The notes under the pieces: generated by a model
Seen by the model: the letters and a program-made list of their open reading frames with translations, nothing else
What the model was told of the DNA's origin: nothing
The model's database searches: none
Made by a program: the position numbers and the translations under genes
In this document: in pieces, positions 52,341 to 64,000 of the stretch
Layout: the number at the start of each line of letters is the position of its first letter
Position numbering within the stretch: position 1 is the stretch's first letter
Assembly (NCBI GenBank): GCA_964016885.1
Contig: OZ024742.1
Location: 258,354,001 to 258,418,000, forward strand
Length of the DNA stretch: 64,000 nt
Reading direction: 5' to 3'
Source: Eledone cirrhosa
Lineage: Eukaryota

Positions 52341-52354
52341 ATAATAATAATAAT

Positions 52355-52537
52355 AATTGTTTCTACTTTTTGGCACAAGGCCAGCAGTTATCCATTCCTT
52401 TACGGGTACATTATTTTGTCGACCCCGTAAGGATGAATGGCAAAGTTAGCCTCGGCGAGATTCGAACTCGGAATTGCAAGGGCCGTAACTCTATCCGTGA
52501 AAGCATAGCCTCCGACGCTTTACCGATACTGCCAATC
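52355..52537 (-). mobile_element. tRNA-derived Meta-type SINE within (AAT)n
   Basis: Reverse complement of the 7813-8003 family. Confidence 0.8.
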
Positions 52538-52574
52538 AATAATAATAATAATAATAAAAATAATAATAATAATA

Positions 52575-53423
52575 AATTTGAAGAATAAAACCCATAGAGG
52601 GCTAAGAACCGTAGAGCAAATATTTATTAAAATAACAGATTAAATTTTAAGCAAAGAATCGCTGCTTTCACCCTTAACGAGATCTTCTGAAACTAAAAAA
52701 AATCAATTTGTGAACGCAGAAGTAAATATTTCTAAAAACGTTGCAACCGAAAAAAGACAGGAAGACGATACTTTGGTTCGTGGAGACGTTCCCTGGCAAT
52801 GAACGGGGGAAAAAAGCGAAGATAATACGTCATTATTTGTGCGTGGGAACAATTTTATGCAAAGACAAAACCACGTTTATGGTATAAACTAAAATTCTGT
52901 TTCGGAAAACGAATGATTGTCGGCTTCAGATTTAAGAATAATGTAAATGAATTACAGAGGTTATTGAAATTAACAATAATTAAATATATACATGCACGCA
53001 TCCATATACGTACATCGAAAACACCCGCCATAGATATGCATATACAAGCACGTACGCAAAAACACGCGCACACACCTAAAAACCCGCGCAACAACTTAAC
53101 TTGCTTGAATCTATTGGCGGTTTAACCCTATGTAGGCCCTACGGGACTATAGTGTTACAACCTTACATTTGTAGATAATGTTACTCGAGAGGCATTTCCC
53201 GGATAGGGGGCAGTCAACCCGATTCCTTCAATTGCAGTTAGCACTAGCTACAGGGTTGCACGTGTTCCTACGGCTAGGTAATTTAGCTAAATTTGAAGCT
53301 GTGATGGATAGGAGTCGTAGAGTTACTTCTGCGTTCACAGATTGATTTTTTTAGTTTCAGAAGAGCTTGTTAAGGGTGAAAGCAGCGATTCTTTGTTTAA
53401 ACTTTAATCTGATATTTTAATAA

Positions 53424-53425
<2 letters not shown>
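52575..53425 (-). mobile_element. Internally deleted PLE of the 11554-13995 family with inverted hammerhead-bearing terminal repeats
   Basis: ~53100-53305 matches ~12873-13077; ~52980-53095 matches ~13865-13995; ~52623-52726 and ~53323-53423 are inverted repeats. Confidence 0.85.
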
Positions 53426-53475
<50 letters not shown>

Positions 53476-54661
53476 GTGAGGGTTTTTTTTACAAAAAATT
53501 AAATAAGGTTTAATATACATTATGTCAACACCACACTATGACATACAAACACACACATAACACCTTCTACTTTAGAAAATAAAAACCCGAACTAAATAAA
53601 CCTTAACATACGTTTGCACTGGCAATACAACAGCAAACACGAAAAAGTAAGGAAAATATGTTCATTCAAAAATATTCCTACTAAAGGAATCACTTTACTA
53701 CACACACACATACACACACACAATATATATATATATATATATATTCTCTTCATCTTAACATGCTAACCATACTCCCACACACATAACACCCATACACACA
53801 CATAACAACCCCCACACCTACAACTCCCTCCCCATTTCTACTAATAGAACCACTTTCCTACACACACAAAATATATATTCTCTCCATCTTAACATACTCG
53901 CACACACACACATAACACCCATATATACACACACACACAACTCCCTCCCCCATCTCTACTAATAGAATCATCTTCCAATACACACATACATACACACACA
54001 CACACACATACACACACACAAGCACACAAATAAACATACATATCTTCACTTCAATAGAAAATCTGAACTCTGACACCCCGGCGAGCTGGCCATATTCACT
54101 GAACCAGAACAAATCTCCCAATCCCTTTTCTCTTGACCACTATCTCTCCATTGTCATAACATTCATTATAAAGACTACAGAATAGTTTTCCAAATAAGGG
54201 CGCAAAAATGTAATGAAAACTTGTTCACGTGACAGTCAAATTTCATTTATAACCAACCAAAAAAAAAAAAAAAAAAAAAAGCGTTCGTGAGCCTCCTTTT
54301 TTCAAGTAAAAAGAAATTCAAACACTCATATATGAAAAAACAACCTGTGACAACCCCCCCCCCCCTCTCTTATTTGAAGAACTATTGTAACGCGAACTGG
54401 CGCGAAATTTATTATAATTATTGACAAACCAATCAAGTTACTTCTCGAAAAACCTGGCATTTCGAGCCACTTTTTCCATATAAAACAAGTAACATTCAGA
54501 GACCAACCAGATGTGAGAAAAACCACAGACCCTCCATCTCAACACACCTTTTGAAAAGCAGAAGAACTGCGAAACCGGTAAAGGAACCGGTAAAGGAACC
54601 AAATAAATATATATTTTTTTAAAATAAGACTCCAGTTGCATTTTCGATTTCATCTCTTTTT

Positions 54662-54697
<36 letters not shown>

Positions 54698-54921
54698 TAT
54701 ACAATAATCAAAGCTGTGTTCAAATCATTTCATTGCTGACAATCGTTTCTTTCAAACTATCGTTTGGATTTATCGGAGCAATAGCAATGTTTGTACATAT
54801 AATTAACCTCCTATTCAACTGAACAACCATATAGATACATGGATATTAATGTTGTCAATAGTTTCATATTTACAAGGTGAAATGGATGTGACATAGATTA
54901 CAAGAGAATTGTACAATAATG

Positions 54922-55022
54922 AAAATTAAAAATTAAAAATTAAAAATTAAAAATTAAAAATTAAAAATTAAAAATTAAAAATTAAAATTAAAAATTAAAA
55001 ATTAAAAATTAAAAATTAAAAA
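54922..55022. repeat. (AAAAATT)n heptamer array
   Basis: About 14 units. Confidence 0.9.
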
Positions 55023-55296
55023 GGTACAGAGTGGAATGCAAGCGGCAGAGATAAGGGAATAGTATAACAATTAAAGAGGCATTAAGCTAGAAAGTCACTC
55101 GTAAAACGAGGACACTCTGACGTCCCGGGTAACGCACCTGCCTCTTGCACAGAGTAAGACCGTCAAGTCTTTTCCCACGAATTCTAGGCAACCCAGATGG
55201 TTCCAAAATTGAGGGGATGTTTGCCAGGGCCAAAGCTCTTAAGTGGTAATAGGAAAGCCTCTGTATGTGCGCGCGCGTGGGATCGTCGGCATTCTT
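55023..55296 (-). mobile_element. CRE-clade non-LTR REL endonuclease fragment
   Basis: Minus strand reads RALALANIPSILEPSGLPRIRGKRLDGLTL, matching the CRE motif RAL..A.IPS.LEP.GL.R.DGKRPDGLTL. Confidence 0.65.
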
Positions 55297-55464
55297 AAAT
55301 TAGAGACACGTGTGTGGGAGTGTCACTGTTTTTAAGTTAGACATATATATGTGTGTGTATCCCTTTCCTTCCTTGTACACACACATAAATTCACACAAAC
55401 ACACACGCACTGTGTTATTGACGAGTGGACAGAAGTCCCTGAAATTTATATACATTTGTATGGA

Positions 55465-55735
55465 GTTCTACTGAAGCAGTTTGAGAATTCAAGTGTCTTG
55501 GAGCCGTGTTCATGAGTGATGGAGTGCAGGGGGCTGAATTAAGTGCAAGAATTGCAAAAGCTGATGCAGGAATGCGCCAGCCTCAGCATTCAGCAATGAG
55601 AAGAATGGGGGTAGGTGTAAAAGCCAAATTCGCTATCTTCCTGGTATTCCTGCCAAGTCTTACCGAGGATCATGAATCTTGAGTAATGACCAAAAGAATA
55701 CAATTGAAATTAAAACGCAGAAATTAAGGTTTAGC
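55465..55735 (+). mobile_element. RTE (Expander/Rex3-like) fragment
   Basis: FKCLGAVFMSDG..ELSARIAKA..KAKFAIF..LPSLTEDHES*VMT. Confidence 0.7.
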
Positions 55736-55879
55736 ATACAGTATTAGTATCTCCTTTTCTCCCCCTTTCTCACTGAGACATATTCTCTTTCCTCCTCCAT
55801 TGTAAAGAAGTCCCTAGGGGTTCCATTATTGATTTTTACTGAAACACAATTAGCCAGTCCTGTTTCTGTTTCTGAATAT

Positions 55880-55989
55880 TAGCTAAACATGTGTGTGTCA
55901 TCATGATCGGATCACTGGTGTAGCCGCTAACTGGTTATACACAGATTACACAGATAGACAGACATAAATTGCCATTTATATAGTAGATG
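55880..55989 (+). mobile_element. Non-autonomous Helitron-like 3' end
   Basis: catgatcggatca...acagatagacagaca...ttatatagtagat terminus, as in Lep1/DINE-type repeats. Confidence 0.4.
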
Positions 55990-56106
55990 TATGATTCATT
56001 GTGATGCATTTATAGACGACTATGATATATATGCAATGAACTATTATTCATGTACAAACACATTCATTAGATGTACAATCAACTATGATGCATGCATTAA
56101 CTACCA

Positions 56107-56353
56107 TGAAAGGCCCCTCTTGGTCATGAATGACCATGGATTTGTAGAAGACCAGCAGTCACCCATGCATACCAGTCCCCCCTCTCCACCGATGCAACTT
56201 GGCACCCGAGTAAACTACAACTGAGTAAACTGTAGTAACGTGAAATAAAGTGTCTTGCTCAAGGACACAACGCATCACCCATTCCGAGAATCGAACTCAC
56301 AACCTGACAATTGTAAGTCCAATGCTCTAACCACTAAGCCATGTGCTTTCACA
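56107..56353 (-). mobile_element. tRNA-derived SINE (second family) inserted in the 21-bp minisatellite
   Basis: A box TGGCTTAGTGG, B box GAGTTCGATTC, ttgtgtccttgagcaagacac domain. Confidence 0.8.
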
Positions 56354-57861
56354 CGGATAATCAACTATAAACATATGTAAACTATGACACATCTACAAAC
56401 AACTATAATACATGCATAAACAATTCCAAACAGAGACTTATATTTAACAAACTTTTTTGTAATAGGTGGACTGGAAGAAACATAAGAATGCTGTATATTT
56501 CTCAGAATGATTACGAACCCCGCTTAGCAATTATTAGATACTAGCTTCGATCTCACCATGGCCAGCTGTCACTTACTATAATTTCGAATCGACTCAAATC
56601 TTAGGAATAAAATTGATTTTATGGAACAAATTTGGAAGCCTGTCGGATGGAATGTAACTCTAATTCCAAGACCCAATCTTGTCACACACTTCCATGATAT
56701 ATCCGAATATTTTCGCGTCTCTGGAATTTTCAGCCACTTAAGTTTCATGAGCTGACTGTTCCGTTGACTGTACAACTAGAAGACTCATCGTCGAAACCGA
56801 GAGAGTTCGGTTCCTTTCATTCGCGATAACTGATATCGGTTTATTAATATGAAAATCGTCTCATCAATTCCGGTTGATTTTCAAACCTAAACACAAGAGA
56901 CTTGAAATGAAATAGTTGAAAAAATGTTATGTTAATCTGAGTATCAGACAAACCATTGTAGCAAAAACTTAACTTCCTATTTATCAACTGAAAATATTTT
57001 ACCGTCTCCAGTTAGACAGGAAAAACTATCTAGGGTTATAAAACATATATCGTAAATTCGATACCCAGTATATTTTGTTGCACGTTATAAAGCATTTAAA
57101 GTTAGTTAAATTTTCTTTATTTTCTAAAAGAAAATTCACGACTAGAAGGCGGCTGTTCTTGAAATGTTTGTGAAATATGAGCCAAACCTTATTTCAACCG
57201 CACACATGAGGAGAATAATGCTTGTCATTAAATAAAATGAAAGAAAATATATTACATTTGCGGACGACCTTAATGGCTGCATTAGAAATTAAAATGGAGA
57301 AAGAAAAAATATATATATAAAAAAATGATAACAATAGAGAATATAATTATCGTATTAATTAAAATAATAGCGCCAATTATTCTATTTTCTCGACATTTGT
57401 TATAATTTCAACAATATCTGGATCAAATGCAGTAGGAGTAAATTTAAATACCAATCGTCGTATACTTTGTAATATTTAATTTTAATATACTAAATAATAA
57501 GAACGATGGATTGGCCGAATTCATAGTGTTTCTTATGTAACGTCATTGTGGTATTTGTTCTTGTTTTTTGCGTTAAAGTTGCAGCGAAGTCAAATTTGTC
57601 TTTCATGTTTTCGAGATCGATTAAAAAACAATACAAATCAAGTAGTGGTTTTGATTTCATCAACCTTGAACTTACCCCAAAATTGGATGCCGTCCTTGCA
57701 ACATGACCACTGGGTGGCTGGCATGTTGGGTCCTGCATGCTACAGAACGTTCTCCCATACCCTCCGAGGGCGTAACATCGAAATAGCGATGTGGCTCTAT
57801 TCTTATTAATATTTTCTTGCAATTGTAATATGTTATTCACACAATGTATGCATGTATGTAT

Positions 57862-57944
<83 letters not shown>

Positions 57945-57946
<2 letters not shown>

Positions 57947-58138
57947 GGAACGTGTAGGACCCCGACGGCTGAGCTCAAGCCGATTCGACGGCTAATTCAG
58001 TCCAGAATTAGCCGTCGAAACGGCTTGATCTCAGCCGTCGGGGTCCTACTCGTTCCTATTACCCACTCTACTACCCTAACTATTGAGCACTTTGGTGCGT
58101 TATGGTCCACCTGGTTCCTTATCACATTTTCTCCGTTA
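57945..58138 (+). mobile_element. Short TA-flanked repeat with hammerhead-derived hairpin; second copy ~60897-61058 in opposite orientation
   Basis: 54-bp inverted arms; GAAA-CGGC..GCCG-TC half-hammerhead. Confidence 0.75.
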
Positions 58139-58499
58139 TATATATATATATATATGGGGGGGGGGAGTATATTCATACTTAAGGACAATAGGTGTCCCTA
58201 TTAATGACAAAATAAATCAAATTCTTTAACATTATAATACATCCTATTTATCATCAGCTATTTAATATAGAATTGTATCACATATTTTAAGGTTCATACA
58301 CAAAACTTTCCCATTCTGATTTGCTGGTTTTATAATTTAAATATTAGTTCAATTTGCCACAAATCTGTCCATGCTTTTCTAAAAATATTTCCGTTTCATT
58401 ACAAGAGCAAAGAATAAATCACGCTTTTTAGATAACTTAATCTCCTGTTCCATACATATCAATACAATTTTGCATATTTCACAATTTATCAACACATAC

Positions 58500-59720
58500 C
58501 GAAGGTAGACAGACATCTTGACCCCACCAACTCCACAAAGATGGAAAGAGCAACTGTTGCCATCATACGGTCCATAAACGAGTTCACAGCGAGAGCAAGG
58601 CTGAAACCACGGTTAATAGCAGCTCTACTCTCGTGGTTTGTACCAACACCACCACCATAATTCATAAGGACAACATTGACGCCTTCACATCGAGCGAAAC
58701 ATCCAAGACATAAGTCCCTGCTCTGACTGCCTTAACACGAGCAAAAATGTCGAACACTATGACTGTACCTTCCGCTGCCATCACCACGAGGTGATAACCG
58801 TAAACACGTCCACACGGAGATGAATGACCGCCTGACTACCAATACTAATATATGTGCGACCCCAGCACAGCCCACCTACGCCAACACCAACGATAGGCCA
58901 CGCATGTGCGCACAGAATATCACGCAATAGACATGTGACCTGGTGGAACGCGCCATATTCTATATATGTCCGTACAAACATCTCTGGAATCTTATTCAGG
59001 GCCCTTGACCAGTGCCTCCCCGCGACACTTAAATACCACCGGATCTTCAACAGGCAAACTGTCAAGTTCTCGGTTTCGACAAAACCAAATCTTGAGAGGG
59101 TCTTAATGGCCATCAACCAGAAAAAGATCAGGAAATTTGCCACGTATGGCAGTTCCAATTTGGCACCCAACCACGAATTCCAAGTTGCAAAGGAAGCCTA
59201 CGGTCCGAACCATCGGACAATTATCAACCAACAGAACCACTTTACAGATCTTCCACCTACCTGCTTCACAGAGCAATAGGACAACCGTGTCCCCATGAAT
59301 GGAAAATGCAACTGTAGATTCCATACGGAGTGTCCGCTTAGAAACAACTGCTTAGTCCCCGGAATTGTCTACAGATGTACAATTCATGCGGAAAAAAACA
59401 AAAATACATCTACATAGGTGTAACCGGAAAGGATTTCTACAACCACGCCTGCTCCTTTAGACATCGGCCTAAAATATCACAAACCAGTCTGTTCGATCAG
59501 GCATGGAGGCTTAAGGACGCCATCATCAACTTTACAATTGAATGGGTCGTCCTTAGACGTGCAGCGCCCCACTCCGCTTTTGCCTTTCGGAATCTGTAGA
59601 AGTCATAAAACTTAAATAACACGGAATGAACTCAATGACCGAAGTCGTGATGAACTCTTTACACCAAGGCTTACACTTATGCAACGCTTCCGGAGAAACA
59701 TGGTATCGCGTTTGGGTTAA
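58500..59720 (+). mobile_element. Degenerate Naiad-like PLE (thumb + GIY-YIG)
   Basis: TWWNAPYS, KYHRIFNRQTVKFS, CNCRFHTECPL..CL..IVY, YIGVT, NHACSF. Confidence 0.8.
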
Positions 59721-60384
59721 AACAAACAGAACAAATAGAAAGCCGAGCGAAAACAAAGAAAATAAAGAAAAACAAAAGAAAATATGCCATAGTGGACCTC
59801 ACGCTGTGGTGTCTGTCCTTAACAGAAAGCTAATCATAGCTATGAAAAAGTTAGCTATGGTTATCTTTTATCACACACAATACCAGCAGAAATATTTATT
59901 TTCCTGTTGAACGATCCAGCATTTTAAAATGTTACAATTAAATCGTGCGAAACGATTTTGCAGGTTTGAGAGCCGAAGAGCGTGAATATGTGTGTGTATG
60001 TGTATGCATGCGAGTGTAATCTAGTATTTTAATATCGCCTTTTTTTTATTTATTTATTCCAGTAATTTGTGTGTGGCAATGCACTTCTCCTTTTCCTCCT
60101 CCTCTTTCAAACTGTTCTACAGACATTTTTGCCCATCGCTGTCGTTGTTAGCATTTAGCTCTCTTATATCAAAGAAAAATTCGGGACCCCAACAAGGGAG
60201 CTCCTGACGTTTCAACAACTAGATCCGAACTATAGATGTCGAAACGACAGAAGCTCAGATGTCAGAGTGACGACATTTTCATATTAACCACTCTACTGCC
60301 CCAAGTATCGAGTACTCTGGTGAGCAAATGTCTAACTGATTTTTACCGCTTCCATTCATATATATATATATATATGTTAATGTT

Positions 60385-60568
60385 TAAGCAAAGAATCGCG
60401 TTAAGGGTGAAAGCGGCGATTCTTTGCTTAAACTTTAATCTGTTATTTTAATAAATATACGGTGTAGGGTTCTTATATATTTGATATATATTTATCCTTA
60501 TCGAACCCTCTTTGGATTTTAGTCTTCACATTTATTATTATTACTATATATATATATATATTTATATG

Positions 60569-60661
<93 letters not shown>

Positions 60662-60880
60662 ATAATAATAAATTTGAAGACTAAAATCCAAAGAGGGCTC
60701 GATAAGGATAAATATATATCAAATATATAAGAACCGTAGAGCAAATATTTATTAAAAAAACAGATTAAAGTTTAAGCAAAGAATCGCTGCTCTCACCCTT
60801 AACGGGAGTTTAAGAAGATCCCGTTAAGGGTGAAAGCAGTGATTATTTGCTTAAACTTTAATCTGTTATTTTAATAAATA
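60385..60880. mobile_element. Multiply inverted PLE terminal repeat around a (TA)n spacer
   Basis: ~60399-60550 and ~60655-60808 are inverted arms; hammerhead-like motif 60807-60857; same family as 52575-53425. Confidence 0.85.
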
Positions 60881-61109
60881 TATATATATATATATGACGG
60901 GGGAGTTGTGGTAAGGAACCAGATGGACCATAACGCACCAGAGTACTCAATACTTAGGGTAGTAGAGTGGGTAATAGGAGAAAGTATGACCACAACGGCA
61001 GAGCTCAAGCCGTTTCGAAACGGCTTTGAGCTCTGCCGTCGGGGTCATACGTTCTACTATATATATATATATATTAGAAAAGGGAATTTAGTTTCTATAC
61101 AAAACAGTG

Positions 61110-63362
61110 GATATAGGTTTTCTTTTTTTTTTCCTTCCTTGGTGTATCAAAGTGGCATTATCGAAAAGATGACATTATTGTAAAAATGAGAGGGACAATT
61201 CTTTTTAAAATTGAGTTTTATAATGTATATAAAGTATATAAAGTATATAAAGTATATAACGTATAACCCGTTTCGATGTATTATTAAAATTCTTCTTATC
61301 AAATGTTGAGTATTACAATTAAAAAGATTTAATAAGAATTAAAAACTAAAAATTAAAGATTTAAAATTAAGTGTTGGAGTAAGTTCTTTTCCCATCTTCC
61401 TTGCTCAGAAGGGGACTGGAGAATGAGTTCTTGTGTATATAGAGAGAGGGAGGTGTGTAGTCATTATAGTAGCAGCAGTGTTGGTAGTTGTGTTTCTTCA
61501 CAGAACAAAATTGTTTTTTGGGGGCAAAGGAAATATTCCGTAAAGATGTGTGTGTATATCTGATTCTGTTAATTGACTGGTCAAGAGGTCAAATGGGGGT
61601 TACGAAGGGGATGGGGAATTGTAAATTAGAGACAAATTCTATGGCAACTGTAGGGTTGTAAAAGAAATTCTATAATTGGAATATGGTTTTAGGGAGTGTG
61701 TGTATATTGTGAGAGTATATATGAAAATATACACATGTGTGGGAGGGTTGTGGTGTGTGTGTGTGTGTTTTTTGTTCAGCATGTCTGTAACAGGTCCCTA
61801 TGTGGAGGGAAATAAAAAAAAACAGAGCAGAGTATCAGTGGTGGCTTTCAAACAGGAATTTTTGGAAAGTATGTGAATGAGCAATTTTTTCTCTCTTATT
61901 TTGTGGCGTGTGTGTTGGGATCTAAAGGGGATTGATTACATATTTAATTTTGGTTTAAATTTGTTAATAAATAGTTTTTTTATTTATTTATTCTTTGTTG
62001 TTGAGTGAAAGAATCGGAGCACTTGTAAAGGGGGAAGATTTTAAAGTTGGGTAGAGTCATTCCTGCACAATCTGCAATGTGGCTACTTAAGAGGGTTTTT
62101 CTTCTTCACGTCTTGCATTTGTCGGCGATGGATGGTCATTCTTTGGCGTAATGACACACCCATCTGTCCTATATAGTTATGTCGACAGCCACCGCATGTG
62201 ATTACGTAGATCAGGTTCTCCGAGTTGCAAGTAAAGTTTTTTTTCACTGTAAAAGTTTGGCCATCTTTATACGTGAATTTTGACCTTCAATTAAGTATAG
62301 GCATGTGCCACAGGTTGTTCTTCCGCATGTTGTTACCGTAAGGCTGGAGATAGGTTTGTGTATCTTTGTTCCAGTGAGAATGTGTTTTAGTGATTTGGGT
62401 TGCCTTTTACTTTTAATGATCTTGTGTGTTTCTAGGATATTTTTCATTTTTCATCTTTAAATAGAATGGGAAGATTTTTGTGTAGGAGGTCGAACATTTC
62501 GGTGTTTCTGGGTTGAACATAGATACATATGGTAAGGTATTGTTTGTGGTATGTGATTTGGGTTGTTGGGTTGATGATAATTTGCGTGTTTTGCATTGTC
62601 TATTCCGTTATTAGTTATTAGTGGGAAGGTTCTTAAAGTTAGTGTCTTCTTTAGTTCATTTAGTATTTGTTCCCTTTTAGCTGGGTCTGACACTGTGGTG
62701 CCTATACGTTTGGCTAAATTAAAAGGAATCTTAAGTTTTCTATGTTTTGGTTGATTTTATGTGAAGATGAGGTACTGTTTGGAGTCCATGAGTTTATAAA
62801 GGATGTCATTTCTATTTTCCCATCTGTTTTTAAGATCAGGATAGCCACGAAGTCTAATTCCTTGCAGTTGGATTCCATTGTGAATTGTATGTTATTGTTA
62901 ATGTTGTTTATCATACTTTTGAAGAGGGTGTCTTCTTGCCATCCCCATTTGAACTCTTGACCAGTCAATTAACACAATAATATATACACACACATATTTA
63001 CAGAATATTTCTTTTGCCCCCCAAAAACATAACTACCAACACTGCTGCTACTATCATGACTGCACACCTATCTTTATATACACAAGAACTCATTCTCCAG
63101 TCCTCTTCTGAGCAAGGAAGATGGGAAAAGAAATTACTCCAACACTTAATTTTAAATCTTATCTTGTTAGTTTTTAATTCTTATTAATTCTTTGTAATTG
63201 TAATACTCAACATTTGATAAGAAACCGGTAATAATGTATATACTTTATATACATTATAAAACTCTTTTTAAAAAGAATTGTCCCTCTCATTTTTTAATAA
63301 TTTCATCTTTTCAATAATGACACTTTGACGAATCAAAGAAAGGAAAAAAATAAGAAAAACAG
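61110..63362 (-). mobile_element. Neptune-like PLE fragment bounded by ~400-bp inverted repeats
   Basis: IQFTME..LDF; KRQPKSLK; CGRTTCGTC; TCNSENLIYVITCGGC..YIGQ..RMTIH; ~61115-61559 inverted at ~62982-63360; degenerate hammerhead ~61258-61305 (-). Confidence 0.88.
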
Positions 63363-63424
63363 ACCCTAATATGTATTTTCCGTCGTGCTATTTCCAACTT
63401 CACCCCCCCCCCCCTCTCTCTCTT

Positions 63425-63504
<80 letters not shown>

Positions 63505-63693
63505 CCCCCTCTCTCTCTCTCTCTCTTAATATAATATATATATATTTAGGTAAGGAAAAAGACTCACACAAAAGGATTATGTTCATAGGTCACCGTGCTT
63601 TCTATAAGTCTTAATTAGGGGTTAAGGCAGTCAACGGTCTTGTATATATATATATAAATATATATCACAGCTCCGAAAATATATATCGATGTA

Positions 63694-64000
63694 AGATAAG
63701 AATGTCCAAGGAAAGAATCGATGAAGAGAAGAAGGCCATTAGCAGTATGGTGAAATAAAATATATGAAATCGGGTTGGGGATCCCGTCGTATGAATTGGT
63801 GAACGTCGCCTCTAATAAAACATTTTGGAAGAAATTTCGTATAACGCTGCCCCCAAAAATGTCTTCCAAAATGTTTTATTAGAGGCGACGCTCACCAATT
63901 CATACGACGGGACCCCCAACCCTAGTTCATATATTTTATTGCACCATCCTGCTAATGGCCTTCTTCTCTTCATCGATTCTTTCCTTAGACATTCTTATCT
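63694..64000. repeat. Long imperfect palindrome running off the window end
   Basis: ~63694-63838 is the reverse complement of ~63855-64000. Confidence 0.85.

Noticed and set aside
54176-54390. MITE with ~22-bp TIRs
   Set aside because: Imperfect, single copy, no TSD visible
56776-56813. Hammerhead with long stem III; also the degenerate motif at 55418-55450
   Set aside because: Core deviates from CTGANGA and stem I pairs poorly; at most remnants

Overview
AT-rich, microsatellite-dense eukaryotic DNA made almost entirely of retroelements. The SINE types and repeat landscape suggest an octopod cephalopod (inference). No host gene is confidently recognised; there is one weak two-exon candidate at 5.1-5.6 kb. 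The window holds four Tx1/L1-clade LINEs, three families of R4/Dong-like REL-endonuclease LINEs (one nearly intact), RTE and CRE fragments, tRNA-derived SINEs, and many Penelope-like elements (PLEs) with hammerhead ribozyme motifs and fold-back structures. Main observations: (1) Tx1 LINEs, Dong-like LINEs and a SINE are chained through (AAT)n microsatellites with clade-specific, opposite orientations. (2) The SINE shares its 3' end with the Tx1 LINE and has 18-bp TSDs starting ATTAT. (3) A conserved GTAAGT donor lies over the Tx1 ORF1 stop and could splice ORF1 in frame to ORF2. (4) An intact minimal hammerhead is present, plus several hammerheads converted into long hairpins. (5) A tRNA-bearing permuted fold-back repeat sits in (TA)n. 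Element boundaries were read by eye and are approximate.
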